Below, in pieces: positions 13,741 through 27,394 of a stretch of 64,000 nt of DNA. Position 1 is the first letter of the stretch. The number at the start of each line of letters is the position of its first letter. The translations under genes were made by a program, and so were the position numbers. The DNA lies in the NCBI GenBank assembly GCA_951406725.2, contig OX597818.1, positions 92,070,001-92,134,000 of the forward strand. The letters run 5' to 3'. The stretch comes from Octopus vulgaris. Its lineage: Eukaryota. The notes under the pieces were generated by a model. The model had not been told where the DNA came from and searched no databases. It saw only the letters and a list, made by a program, of their open reading frames with translations.

Positions 13741-14653
13741 CTATGCACAGTTAACTATCCCAAACTAGTGTATCGCACTCCAGCATAGTGCTCCTCTCTT
13801 ACTCTATCATCTACCGACTTATTACCCTCACTATCAATATTTCAAGATGAGTGGTAACATTTTGATGAGTAAACTTGTAACCATTACCAGGCAATTTGGT
13901 GCCTTTTACGGAGTCCACTCTGCCACAATCATTCAGGATTCGTTCCCAGTTTGAGAGCAATTTTCTGTCTTTGTCTTACTTTTCTTGGAGGCCATATGAC
14001 GGGTGATTATACTGCCATACCAAATGACTAAAAGGTGAAAAATGTTGTACCAATCACTTTCGTCATATTTGCACTCTCTCCATAGTTTCCCTTCAGTAAG
14101 TCCACCATTAATCACTATATACAAGACGCTTCCTCTATTTTGTCATTCATCAAATCCTTCTTCTAATTGGAAGACAATACTGCGGAGATTTCCACAGTAA
14201 TTGCTATGAGAACTTAACTGACTTGCTTGTTCTAGATTTATCCCACTACTTTTTCTACTTGAATGCGAAGCTCATTGATTAACTGCACCAACACCAAGTG
14301 TGCTGTCGAGGCTCTTCCAAGCACACGTTCTTTCACCTCTAGACTTCAAATTCTGGACGTCTTGTTTACATGTCAGCAGACAGATCTTTACTTTTGTTTG
14401 TGATTGGGACATGTTGTATTCATGCTTATTTATATATAGCAAGCATATTGACTACCCGGGTATTCAGCTTTAAATTATTTCAAATGGGTGTAGTAACATT
14501 TGCTCTGGCGATTAGGGTTGGACTAAAACAGTTGCAAAGCTCCGATGGTCTTAACTAGCTGATCGGTGTTTCAGCAGCAGTTTTTATCGGAACGCAGAAA
14601 CATTTCATTCCTGTCCACCAGTCGTTAAATAAGAAACGGTCCTTCACGCTTTG

Positions 14654-14684
<31 letters not shown>

Positions 14685-15149
14685 AACAAACAAACAAACA
14701 AACAAACAAACAAACAAACAAACAAAGAAAGAAAAAAAGAAAGAAAGAAAAAGAAAGAAAATGAAAGAAAGAAAGAGAGAGACGAGATTACGGCAACCAA
14801 ACAGACGTTTTCCCGTTCATTGCCGTTGCCGATGATATCAAGCACACAGGAACAAGCTATGAACATACTCCAGAATTTTAACTATGACACAAGTCCCACT
14901 GTTTCCGACATAGTTAGTTAAAATTACCAAACCAGTTGCTTCTCTATATGTAAGACATATGCCATGTATTATTATAAGAGGTTATAGTAAACAGCAATAG
15001 CATTGAATTGAATTGGTTCTTCTTGTCATTCGTTTATCTACGGTCACTGCTGGCGCAGTTGGTTAATGCATAACCAACATACAACTACATCAAGATGAAC
15101 CAGCTACAGTTATCTTAACCAAAACTCATTACCAACCTTCTTAAGTGCA

Positions 15150-15472
15150 AAGAAATCGAGCTCTTGGACTTATTCTTTGTAAACCTGGTACTTATTCTAC
15201 CGGACATTTCTGCAGAATCGCTAAGTTAATAGGACGTAAACACACCAACATCAGTTGTCAAGCGATGGTAATGATAGACAAACACAATAGAAATATACAT
15301 ATATACACGACGGGCTTCTATCAGTTTCTGTCTACCAAATCCACTCACAAGGTTTGGTCGGCCCTGTGGGTATAGTAGACGACAACTGTCCAAGGCGCCA
15401 CGCTGTGGGACTGAACCTGGAGCTATGTGGTTGAGAAGCAAGCTTCTTACCACACAGCCAAACCAGCACCTA
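15150..15472 (-). mobile_element. SINE-A, diverged copy
   Basis: Colinear similarity to the other SINE-A copies. Confidence 0.8.
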
Positions 15473-15476
15473 TTTA

Positions 15477-15519
<43 letters not shown>

Positions 15520-15929
15520 ATGTATGTATGTATGTATGTATGTATGTATGTGTGTGTGTGTGTGTATGCGTGTGCGTGTGTGAGTGTGTGTGTGTAAGAT
15601 CCAGAGATTGAGATGTAGGAATAAAGCAATCTATAGTGAATATAAAAATGCAACTTTCAGAAAAAATAGTGGTTTGTTGAGACGCAAGGTTGTGGATTTT
15701 ATTTTTATTTTATCGAAGAACGATGAGTCGAAAAAGAAGTTCTTTTTATATTACTCGGTAGGCAACCAGGGTTTCTGAGTGTGCGAAAAAGAATGGAGTA
15801 TGTGAAATGCGGACAACATATTGTTTCCTATCCAGCGGAACCTCAGAAGTGAGATGTATAACACGGCTATTCTTCAGGCCAAGGATATTTTGATTAGATT
15901 AAAGGCCACATTGTCGCAAAGAGGTACAT

Positions 15930-16133
15930 GTTTACTTGTTTCAATCATTTGACTGGTACCATGCTAGAGTACCGCTCTTAGTCGAGCAAATCAATCCCAT
16001 AACTTATTCTTTGTAAGCCTAGGACATATTCTATCGGTCTCTTTTGCCGAACCGCTAAGTTACGGGGACGTAAATACACCAGCATCGGTTGTCAAGCGAT
16101 TTTGAGGGGACAAACACAGACACACAAACACAT

Positions 16134-16176
<43 letters not shown>

Positions 16177-16338
16177 CGACGAGCTTCTTTCAGTTTCCGT
16201 TTACCAAATCCACTCACAAGGCTTTGCTCGACCCGAGACTATAGTAGAAGTCACTTGTCCAAGGTGCCAAGCAGTGGGACTGAACCCTGAACCATGTGGT
16301 TCGTAAGCAAGCTACTTACCACACAGCCACTCCTACAC
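15930..16338 (-). mobile_element. SINE-A
   Basis: Near-consensus copy with internal (CA)n(TA)n. Confidence 0.9.
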
Positions 16339-17597
16339 CTATATTCTTTGGGTGGCTAGTCACAATTTAAGACCAAAAGGCACAAGTACAAACGTCACTT
16401 CAGTGACTAAGGGTGCAAGTTAGCGCTAGCATTGCTAGAAATAAGAGTCAAAACAACTTTTAGCCACGGGCAAAGCACTTATGTATTGACTGACAGGGGA
16501 GACATCGTCCATCTAGAACAAGCGAAAGAGTCAGATCATCGAATTAATCCTCATCAGTGACACTGAACTTACCTTGTCAGTTTATAGAAAATAACATAGG
16601 AATCAGTAGCTGATTCAGTAAAATGGTAAAGTTAAAATTATGTGTGTGTGTGTGTGTGTGTCTGTCTGTCTGTCTGTATGTAGGAAGAATGCGTGAGGTG
16701 GCAGAATCGTTTGCACACCGAGCAAATTTTGAGCTCAGAATGTTAAGACGGACAAAATGTTGTAAAGTATTTAATCCGGCGTTCTAACGATTCCGCCAGC
16801 TTACCACCTCAGAAACAACAAAAAATATTTCTTTTTTTTAAATCAACAACTACATTTAGAAGACATAAAATATGAAAAGCATCAAGAACAAGAACAATAA
16901 AAATTTCAATTTTTGCAAATCTTCTGTTGAAGTACCATTTATTGTATTTTATTTTCCTTTATTTTATCAGTTTAAACGTACATACGAAGCTGCTAAGGAA
17001 GGTATATAATAAACCCTACACATAAAAATGAATTAAAATGAAGGAAAAAACACAGAGACAAGAAAGAAGAGAAACGAAAGAAAGAAACCGATAATGAACA
17101 GTTAAACGTTTGTGTTAAATCTTTTGTGAAGCCTCCATGAATTGAAAGATTTTATTTATGGTCGGTGGATCCTTGAAAATAAATTGCATCTCCCAGCTTG
17201 GTAGCCATTTTAAAACCATCAACTTTACAATATTTTAACAACAGAATATAGCGAGAAAGAACAATAAAAATGATATCCGTCTTGTGTCAACTATCAATTG
17301 TTTTGGTTTAATGAGAAACAGAAGGTAATAAAATGCAAATATAAATAGTACAGACTTTGTTTCCTGGTCTAGTCTTTGATTCTTTCATGTTGAATGGTTA
17401 CATTCAAAGGAAATTTTTTAATTTTTCATTTGCTTGTTTAAAGACAAAATACTAACTAACTTGAGCTTTACGTTACAGTTAATAGTCTGCAACTTATCTT
17501 TTCACCTGCATAATTACAAAATATTCTATTATATGTTTCATGCATGCATCTCAAACATAAATACTTTAACACTGATACATACAATGTGTAAGTCTGT

Positions 17598-17697
<100 letters not shown>

Positions 17698-17733
17698 TTA
17701 TATATATATATATATATATATACATATATCTAT

Positions 17734-18233
<500 letters not shown>

Positions 18234-18245
18234 GTATATATATAT

Positions 18246-18320
<75 letters not shown>

Positions 18321-18351
18321 TTGCATGTGTGCATGTGTGTGTGTACAAATA

Positions 18352-18643
18352 AAGTGGAACCTCGGTTTACGAACAATTTTTCGAACATAAAATGTATGGG
18401 GTGACGAACGGTGTCTCGAGTAACGAACAGACAAGCCGGCAATTACAGTTAGCGACAAGCAGGAATATCAGCGGGAGACCCAGCTGTTGTCTAGCTTTCA
18501 CTCAGGGCACATCCCTATCCGATTCGTTATGCCTTATCGTGAATTTTCTAGAATTTTCTAGAAAAATAGTTTCGGTTTACAAACATTTCGAGTGACAAAG
18601 TGCCTTCAGGAACGAATTAAACTCGTGAATGGAAGTTCCACTG
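18352..18643. mobile_element. Tigger/pogo-like MITE (~290 bp)
   Basis: TIRs (c/a)agtggaacctcggtttacga / tcgtgaatggaagttccactg with CAGT-type ends and a non-coding interior. Confidence 0.7.
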
Positions 18644-18684
18644 CATATATTATATACGTACTTAAATATGCGTATACACATATA

Positions 18685-18727
<43 letters not shown>

Positions 18728-19065
18728 ATAAATTACAAAATGGAAACAAATTAAAAGCACACAAAACCATATTAATTTTCCATTATCACTTTTTGTTTGT
18801 TTCTTGAGAGTCTAGTAACTTTTCTCAATTGATAAATCCGAGTGTCCTATTCAGGACTGGGTAATTTCTGTAGAGTAAGTAATAGTGTTCATAATAATCA
18901 GAAGAACGAAGATTTTTCAGAACCATAATTTTATTTAACAGTTATTTAAAGCATCCTTTTCTGGACCGGAAACTGTTAAATAAAATTGTGTATGTGAAAA
19001 ATCTCCGTTCTCATTATCAATAATATCACACACACACACACACATATATATATATTCATATACAT

Positions 19066-19116
<51 letters not shown>

Positions 19117-19279
19117 CATATATACATATATATAAATTAATATCCAACGCAAGCGAGTAAGTACACTGGCTTTGTCACATGCTTTAAGAAGGCGAATGTC
19201 TCTCAGCTACCTTAAAATTATCACAATAAATACCCACCGAATTCGGGCAAATAAACGAAAAAGATTCATGAAAAGGTTT

Positions 19280-19343
19280 AATTACATATCAAATGATTTC
19301 AGGACTAAAAGGAAACCCCCTTTTTCTCCACCATCAGTGTAAT
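19280..19343 (-). ncRNA. Degenerate type I hammerhead ribozyme
   Basis: On minus: attaca-CTGATGG-tgga..aaaagg..cctttt..tcct-GAAA-tcatttga-TA-tgtaat. Stem I is a perfect 6 bp; A9 is mutated to G. Confidence 0.6.
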
Positions 19344-19879
19344 ACAACCCAGTGCACATAAAGACGAACAATCATACATATCCCACGAATATAACGGCTT
19401 CACAGCGTAAATACAGCTGTTCGTACTTATATAGAAATTTAAAATCATAGATCAGTTTCGTTTACTTTCGACCAAGTGTAAATAACCAAATAATTCAGCA
19501 GTGAATAATTTTCGTTTATGTGAAATTATATAAATTTTTAATATATTCTAAAATTCAGAATAAAATCTATAAGGGGTTTTATAAGGTAGTTAGCATATAA
19601 TAAACTGGTTAAGATAAATCAAAATAATATTCAGCAAAATTTCTAAATTAGTATTCAGTAAAATTAATATAAACAAAACTTTAGGTGTTTCCTAACACCC
19701 AAGTTACATTTAGTGACATTTGTAAAATCTCCTTCTTCGTGAAACATTGCAAACTGCTCTTTATATTAATTTTATATATACACTTCAACGAATCGCTAAA
19801 TAATACAATTATTTGGGTGACGAAAACATAAGTACTACTGGTGAAGCGAGTCCGGCAAGAGCTGAACCATCAAGCGGTC

Positions 19880-19928
19880 TTAACTGATGAAGCAAAGGAA
19901 ATTGCTGAAACTGACGCGTCAGTATTAA
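19880..19928 (+). ncRNA. Type I hammerhead ribozyme with intact core
   Basis: ttaa-CTGATGA-agcaa(aggaaa)ttgct-GAAA-ctgac(gc)gtcag-TA-ttaa. All core nucleotides are present, the cleavage triplet is GUA (19922-19924) and stem III is palindromic. Confidence 0.85.
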
Positions 19929-20212
19929 TTATTCTTGATCGGCTCTGTCAGATGATTATGGTCCCTGTTATTGTATGTGCCTTCATTCATGTGCGTATGT
20001 GAGTGTGTGTGTCTATATATTAATTTTACTGAACATAAACATAACGACGTAAGAAATTTGAAAAGCTAAACGCGAAACCGGTCTTTCTTCTAAACTATGT
20101 CATTGTAAGAAAAAAAAAATTTATAATATTCTTCAGACATATTGACATAAATATATATTCTTTAACCTTTTAAAACAAGCCTTCTGTAGTTTTTTCACTT
20201 TTTACTATTTTC

Positions 20213-20257
<45 letters not shown>

Positions 20258-20272
20258 ATGTGTGTGTGTATA

Positions 20273-21137
20273 CAGGGTGTGATAGATAAATCTTCGCCAT
20301 GTCATATTTTTAATATCGGGAATGCACATGTTTGTTTTTGATTTTGTCGAATACATAGTATATTAGGGACAGTTGGGCACCGTTTATGACAAAAACAGCG
20401 CAATGATGCAATTCGCTCAGCCGGAAATTTGGAACCGACATGCTGTACAGCTTGACATTCGCGCCGGAAGCTCCAATATGAACATTTCAGAGAGTATGGG
20501 TGTCAATCTAAGACGGTGATTCGGAAAGAGTTGAATGAATCTAATGGTGTTTACGAAGGCGTTTGGATTGATCACTGGTGGTGGCGACATTATGCCTCTA
20601 TTCCTCTTTCATACAGCCTCAGACTCAACACGGAGGCCTACATCAAGAGCCTGGAGGAGGTATTGCTGCCCTGTGTCAAGTGGGTGGCTGCTGGAAGACA
20701 CTGCATCTGGCTACAGGATTCTGCACCACGCCACACAAGCAGGAGAACCCAGTCATGGCTGTCAAACGATTCCTGAGACCACGTCACCCCTAACATCTGG
20801 CCACCTAACTCCCCAGACTGAAACTTCCTTGATTATTATGTGTGGGGCGCAGTTGAGCGAAAGACCAACAAAACTCCTTGTAGCACCAAAGATGAACTGA
20901 AGGCAATAATTATAAAAGCATTCACCAACATTAACAATGAGACCGTCCAGAGGTGTTGCAAGAGATTTCGGAGCCTTCTGGAGGCCGTGGTTGAAGCCAA
21001 TGGCAATTTTATTGAATATATTTATTTTTTAATATTTCAAGATATTTTTATGTAATCTTAGAAAATATATGTTAAAATGAAACGTCATTGTTATTTTCAT
21101 TTATGCGTAATTCAGACAATTTATTCACCGCAGCCTG
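20273..21137 (+). mobile_element. Internally deleted maT/DD37D-like Tc1/mariner element
   Basis: TA-cagggtgtg left end and cgcagcctg right end. Transposase fragments QDSAPRHTSRRTQSWL and WPPNSPD*NFLDYYVWGAVE...RFRSLLEAVVEANGNFIE. Confidence 0.85.
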
Positions 21138-21259
21138 TCTGTATATATGTGAGTGAATGTGTGTGTGAATGTGTGTGTGAATGCATCTGTGTGTGTACGC
21201 GCGTGTGTGTGTGTGTGTATGTATGCATGTATATACGTATGTATGCGTTTCTCTTTAAC

Positions 21260-21503
21260 AGGCGCAGGCGTGGTTATGCGGTAAGACGCTTGCTTTCCAA
21301 CCACATGGTTCCGGGTGCAGTTCCACTCCGTGACACCTTTTAGTTACTCTGTCAACCAAAGTCTTGTGAGTGAATTTGGTTGACAGTAAGTGGAAAAGCC
21401 CGTCGTATATATATATATATATATATATACATACATACATACATACATAGATACATACATACATACATACATAGATACATACATACATACATACATACAT
21501 ACA

Positions 21504-21534
<31 letters not shown>

Positions 21535-21772
21535 GTTTATATATTTATGTGTCTGTACCTTTGTGTCTGTTTTTTTCCCCCGCCACCATCGCTCGACAAA
21601 CGATGTTGGTGTGTTTATGTGCTCGAAACCTCGCGGTTCGTCAAAAGAGAGCGATAGAATAAGTACTAGGTTTACAAACGTTAAGTCCTGGGGTCGATTT
21701 GCTCGACTAAAGTCGGTACCCCTGCTTGGCCGCAGTCAAATGACTGAAACGGGTAAAAGAGTAAAAGAGTAA
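21260..21772 (+). mobile_element. SINE-A, diverged, with (ATAC)n core
   Basis: Head ggcgcaggcgtggttatgcggtaag and tail gtaaaagagtaaaagagtaaa. Confidence 0.88.
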
Positions 21773-22106
21773 ACAAGAATACTATTGACAGTAACTGCGA
21801 AGTTTTGGCCAGCTAAGTAATTGTATGACAAAAACAATATATAAGTTATAGATTACAGCCGTTATTCATAGGAACGATAGGGAAGAAGAGAACTGAGAAC
21901 ATAAGATCACAAAAAGAATGACCCAGGTTCAAATCCCACTGAAGCCAGGATTTTGGAAAGCAGCAGGAGGACACCTAGGTGTTCTGACGAGGGTGTGCCT
22001 GGCTACCCTAGAGTGTCGAGAATAAGGACCGAAGCATTAGGGTGGGAGTTCTCTGAAGATTTCTCCTGCTGTGCGTTCATATATTATTATTATTATTATT
22101 ATCATT

Positions 22107-22660
22107 GAGTGAGAGAGCAGTTCATGCCATCAAAGTGACACTGGGGTAAAATATACGAAGCCTAATATACCCATCATGACTACCCGTCTGATAAGGGTAC
22201 ACTAGGCACATGCATCACAACCATATGTGCGTGACATGGTGCTCTCATATCAAGATAAACAGCACATGACCTTGCAGGTGGGGCCCAGTTAGAATTTTCT
22301 TCAGGTTGAGTAGCCCACCCCGCTCAACAGGTCCCTGAATAAGGGTTGTTTAAGGATGTTGAAAGAACCACCCATGTTTCCAGAGGTGAATTATTCAAAC
22401 CCCAAAGAATCCCTCTCAACACATGGCTATGATGCTCCCCCACTACTTCTGCTCATGATCAGAGATGCACATATCGTCAGCCCCTAAGGGACATGGTCAA
22501 CTGGTTAAGGTCAAACAACTGACAAGCAAATCTGTGGTATGGAGCAGAATATTTGCTGTAGCCCATCTTTTATACCAAGATAAAACAACGTACATGATAA
22601 TACTTCCAATAAGTTAAGATCAGAAGCCATGAGAGCCACTGCTTGGTACTGCATCAGGGC

Positions 22661-22662
<2 letters not shown>
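22107..22662. mobile_element. Non-coding ~555-bp insertion within an (ATT)n array
   Basis: Complex block, more GC-rich than its flanks, bounded by (ATT)n on both sides (22083-22106 and 22663-22933). No ORF or TIR seen. Confidence 0.6.
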
Positions 22663-22721
<59 letters not shown>

Positions 22722-22749
22722 ATTATTATTACTATTATTACTATTATTA

Positions 22750-22825
<76 letters not shown>

Positions 22826-22867
22826 CATTACTATTATTATTACTATTATTATTACTATTATTATTAC

Positions 22868-22912
<45 letters not shown>

Positions 22913-23898
22913 CATTATTATTATTATTATTATGTCTGGGGAGAGTCATTCTCTTTTAGTGCCTTAATACTTAACTCATTGGTTCGATTTCCACTCATTT
23001 ACTTTTTTTTTTTTCGAAAGTTTTTGTCTTGCAACATTTTCAATAGTGGTTGAATATATAAATACACGGAAACAAAAATTCGTGTGCATGGAAACCTAAA
23101 TAAACTTGAGTTCACCAAAACAGAACAGAACAAATTATTCGCATTCTCTTGACACAATAGATTAGAGGAATAGTGAATATTTGTTAAACATTTCAGCTAT
23201 TCTATGTTTGTGTTTTCTTGATGAACAAATTCACACACTCACATATACATACACAACACATAAGTACGTACACGCTCAAATTTTAAAGAAACATACACCT
23301 ATTTTCTACCATGACACGCACACCCACGAGTGCATGTTTATCCACATATATACGCTCATATATATTCATATGTATTCTTACATCATCCAGATCAGTTAAC
23401 CATGACATGAAGAGTTGTCTTGACTTAAACAAATGATTCTTTACACTTTGTTAGCGATCTGTTTGAATTCTGCAAGAAAATATACTTCAAGTTATTCTCA
23501 CAGAAATATACTAAAAAACAAATCCCGGCGGTAAGAATTTTACTTTCCAATCACATGATTCTTGGTTCAGTCGTGACATCTTGGGCAAGCGTCTCCTGTT
23601 ATAGTCACTGGAATTTTTTTACAATTTCGGCCACTGTGTACGACATAGGAGAATGAGCGAAGTGTGTTATGAAGGGATTCTCCTGCGATGTTAACAACAG
23701 CGAAAAACATATTTGCGTTGGAATATGCTGGGACATAATAAGAATACACATGCAAGTGATCGCGCACACGTAAACACTCGCACTCGCACGTGTGTGTGTG
23801 TGCGTGTATATATGTATATATTTGTATGTGTCTACATATATATCTACCCATCTCTTTCTCCATCTATACATACATACATACATACATACATACATACA

Positions 23899-23931
<33 letters not shown>

Positions 23932-23932
23932 G

Positions 23933-24099
23933 GGGAGAATTCACAAAAAAACAAAAGACGAAGACAGGTGGTGTAGAAAACACACAGATGTATTAGTATG
24001 ACGCTCGGGAATTGAAATAGTCTTTAACACAGAAAGGAACACAGACAGAAACAAGGAGAGAAAACTGTGTGAAATAGCTAGCGATCTATCATGGCGAAT
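23933..24099 (-). mobile_element. Short non-coding element of the same family as 30288-30480, with the hammerhead core deleted
   Basis: Its reverse complement matches 30299-30478 (attcgccatgatagatcg..., caattcccgagcgt..., tacaccacctgtctt). Confidence 0.8.
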
Positions 24100-24140
24100 A
24101 TATATATATATATTATATATATCATATATATTCGCCGAAC

Positions 24141-24224
<84 letters not shown>

Positions 24225-24265
24225 CTAGATAGCTAGATTGATAGATTGATAAATAGATAGATATG

Positions 24266-24342
<77 letters not shown>

Positions 24343-24893
24343 GAAAGAGATAGAGTATGAGGGGCTGGGGAGATAAAAGTGTGGCCTTCATCTAATGCTA
24401 GGAATCATTTATTTTCATTTGATACGCATTATTTTTTATTACAGCTTCTTTGAGCTACAAGCTACATGTATTTTACATACAATGGCAAATGAATTAGATT
24501 TCACTGACTTAGTAACATATCGTCTGCTTTATTCAAATTTCATTGAAGCAATAAAACGCAAGTAAAGTTCAAGTTATTGCAAAAACTAGTAGTTAAACTC
24601 AAAAAGATATTGATTTTTCTGTCTTTTATCTAGACAAAACGTCCTTACAATTTATGGCGCTCAACAAACGGGGGTTTGTGTCATTCATGCTTTTACCAGA
24701 TGCAAAAGCAAAGAAAGTGAAAGCGATCTTTTAATAGAAATACTGTATGCCAAATTGTTTAATATGTTTTCCTATTAGAGTTTTATATAAGTTTTGTTTT
24801 TAGATTCAGAAGGTTAAAGAAAAGAAAAGCTGAAGCATAAAGACAGAAAATAGTGAATTTGATATATTTTCAGGAAACTTTTTACACGTTTAG

Positions 24894-24942
<49 letters not shown>

Positions 24943-25364
24943 CGCACGCATAGAGAAACATAGACATATATGCACACATATATATATATATTACATATAT
25001 TAATGGAGTTTTTTGTCTTATTTCAAATGTTATCTTGTAATTACTTCATGACACATCATCAGTAACGCATCCCAGGGTCAGTAACTGATTTTTCATCAGC
25101 CAATGTTAAACACCCGAGTAATATTACACACGGTTCATCAAACTTCACTTGTGTGTAATTAAGTCTGACCCAGGTACGGTTACCCCTTCCTCACCAAACT
25201 TGAAGCAATTTTTGCTGTTTCTATGACCAGCTGAATGACACTCTACCACCTGACCTCTACGAGGCTCAGTATGCATTGTATATGTATGAGTGTTTGCGTG
25301 TATGTGCGTGTATGACCGTTTCTGTTTGTGTGTTGTGTCTGTGTGGTGCGTATGTGTACGTATC

Positions 25365-25706
25365 TTTTACTCTTTTATTCTCATTTACTTGTTTCAGTCA
25401 TCTGACTGTGGCCATGCTGGAACAACGCCTTTAATCGAACAAATCGCCCAAGGCCTTTTTCTTTGTAAGCCTAGTACTTATTTTAGCGGTCTTTTTGCCG
25501 AACCGCTAAGTTACTGGGACGTAAACACACCAGCATCAGTCGTCAAGCGATGTTGGGGGGACAACCACAGACACACAAACACAAACACACATACACATAC
25601 ATACATACATATATATATATACATATATACATATATATATATGTGTGTGTGTATGTGTATATTTATGTTTGTGTGTATGTGCTTGTCCCCCCAACATCGC
25701 TTGACG

Positions 25707-25748
<42 letters not shown>

Positions 25749-25908
25749 GACAGGCTTCTTTCAGTTTCCGTCTACCAAATCCACTCACAAGGCTTTGGTC
25801 GGCCCGAGGCTATAGTAGAAGACACTTGCCCAAGGTGCCACGCAGTGGGACTGAACCCGGAACCATCTGTTTCGGAAGCAAGCTACTTACCACACAGCCA
25901 CTCCTATA
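25365..25908 (-). mobile_element. SINE-A with internal inverted duplication
   Basis: Near-consensus copy; 25683-25711 is the reverse complement of ~25537-25564. Confidence 0.9.
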
Positions 25909-25949
25909 CATAAACATTTACTTACATATATATATATCCATAGTATACA

Positions 25950-26010
<61 letters not shown>

Positions 26011-26019
26011 ATATATATG

Positions 26020-27150
26020 TTGCAAGATTCCTGATGTGAAACCATGTGTTGAAACAGATATTGTGTTTCGGGATGATCATTATTATTTTGGGTCTTTTTT
26101 ATTCGGCCAACTAAACACACGCACTATATATTCGTCGTTCAGTCGTTTATTACTGTTTTTATTTTAATTCATGTCCATTGCTCGGAAATCGTTCGTCACA
26201 CCTCTGTGACCTCTTCAGCGATACTTTCCGTCCTCGTGTGTGCTCCTACTCCGCTTGGTCCATTCTGTTCTACTATGAAATGTATCCGTATATACGCATG
26301 CGTTTGAGTTTATATTTGTGTTTATATGTACATGTGTGTGTGTGTGTGTGTATGTACATGCATATGCAACAAACAACAACAGCAACTGCCACGACGGCAG
26401 CAGCGTGGGCGAACACACAACCAGAATGAGATGCAGAAACGGTACCAAAGGTCGGGATCAAGGGCAGCAGCAGCGGCAAGAGGGTAAAGGACAGGGGTGA
26501 TGGGGTCACAGTGCTACTAAGAACAATGACGATAATGATGTCAACAATATAAAAGGCATAAACCCATAAGCACACATAAGCTCACATGCGAAACACATAG
26601 ACACGCGTACGGACACACATATACAGACTCAAACGGATACGCACATAAGGACACAGGTCATAGAAGAACAGAATGGACTAAGCGGAGTATCTACGCTTAA
26701 ATCTACAGTACTCCCTATATATGTCATTGCTTGGTGGTTGTGAGGTATTAACACAGTACATTTATATATGACATTCACGAGGGCATAAACTGGGTACACG
26801 ACAATTGCAGGAGTTTTTAATTATAGATAGAGTATTGTCCTACTGAGTTTAATCGAGGTCGATGAGTCATTGGCAGGAGTAAGCCCAAGTCGGAGTCCCA
26901 AAACACACCCAGACTGTATAACTTCACCGGAACTACTATTCACCACTCGGTGATCTGGATTTTGAGATACTGCCATCCCCCCAGAACGACTCAATATAAG
27001 AGAGCTTGGTAGGGATCTGACCCAGAGGGAGAAGGGTTGATTTCACGTTTTCTAGATGTAACTTTTTCTCTCGTGTACTTATATTGGCGCACAGACGCAT
27101 GTGCATGCGCAAGTGCATCCGCGCGCGCGTGCGTGCGTGTGTATATACGC
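26020..27150 (-). mobile_element. Penelope-like (Naiad-type) remnant with inverted pseudo-LTR segment
   Basis: Minus 26818-26685 translates KNSCNCRVPSLCP / VNVIYKCTVLIPHNHQAMTYIGSTVD (CxCx5CP plus VIY-YIG). tactccgcttggtccattctgttc..atg at ~26248 is inverted relative to ~26656-26688. Hammerhead relic at 26182-26222. Confidence 0.8.
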
Positions 27151-27394
27151 GCAAAACAAGCGGTGGGGATTGGTAAGCGTTGCGAATGTGTACGCGTTGG
27201 GGATTAGAATACGTTGGGGAGTTGGTAAACGTTGGTGATTGGTAATTGGCGATCCTGCTCGTGGTGTTGGTTGTTAGCGGTGACCTTGGTGCAGACGGTG
27301 CAGAGCGACAGCTGATGTTAAGATGAATATGTTCGAGTTACCGGCAGTCAGAGGCCTGAAATTTGCCCGAAGGGTATATCTGTATATATCCTTT

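Noticed and set aside
12400-15100. Possible host exons or old LINE coding remnants in complex sequence
   Set aside because: Only faint RT-like words (IFLRLY, ADDIK) and no sustained frame or clear splice pair; too weak to call. Small host exons cannot be excluded without RNA-seq.
21980-22025. CTGACGA-gggt..accc hammerhead-like start
   Set aside because: GAAA is absent (taga instead); at best a dead relic.
22511-22967. Poly-Ile/poly-Asn ORFs (also 42911-43198 and 59869-60460)
   Set aside because: (ATT)n/(CAT)n arrays.
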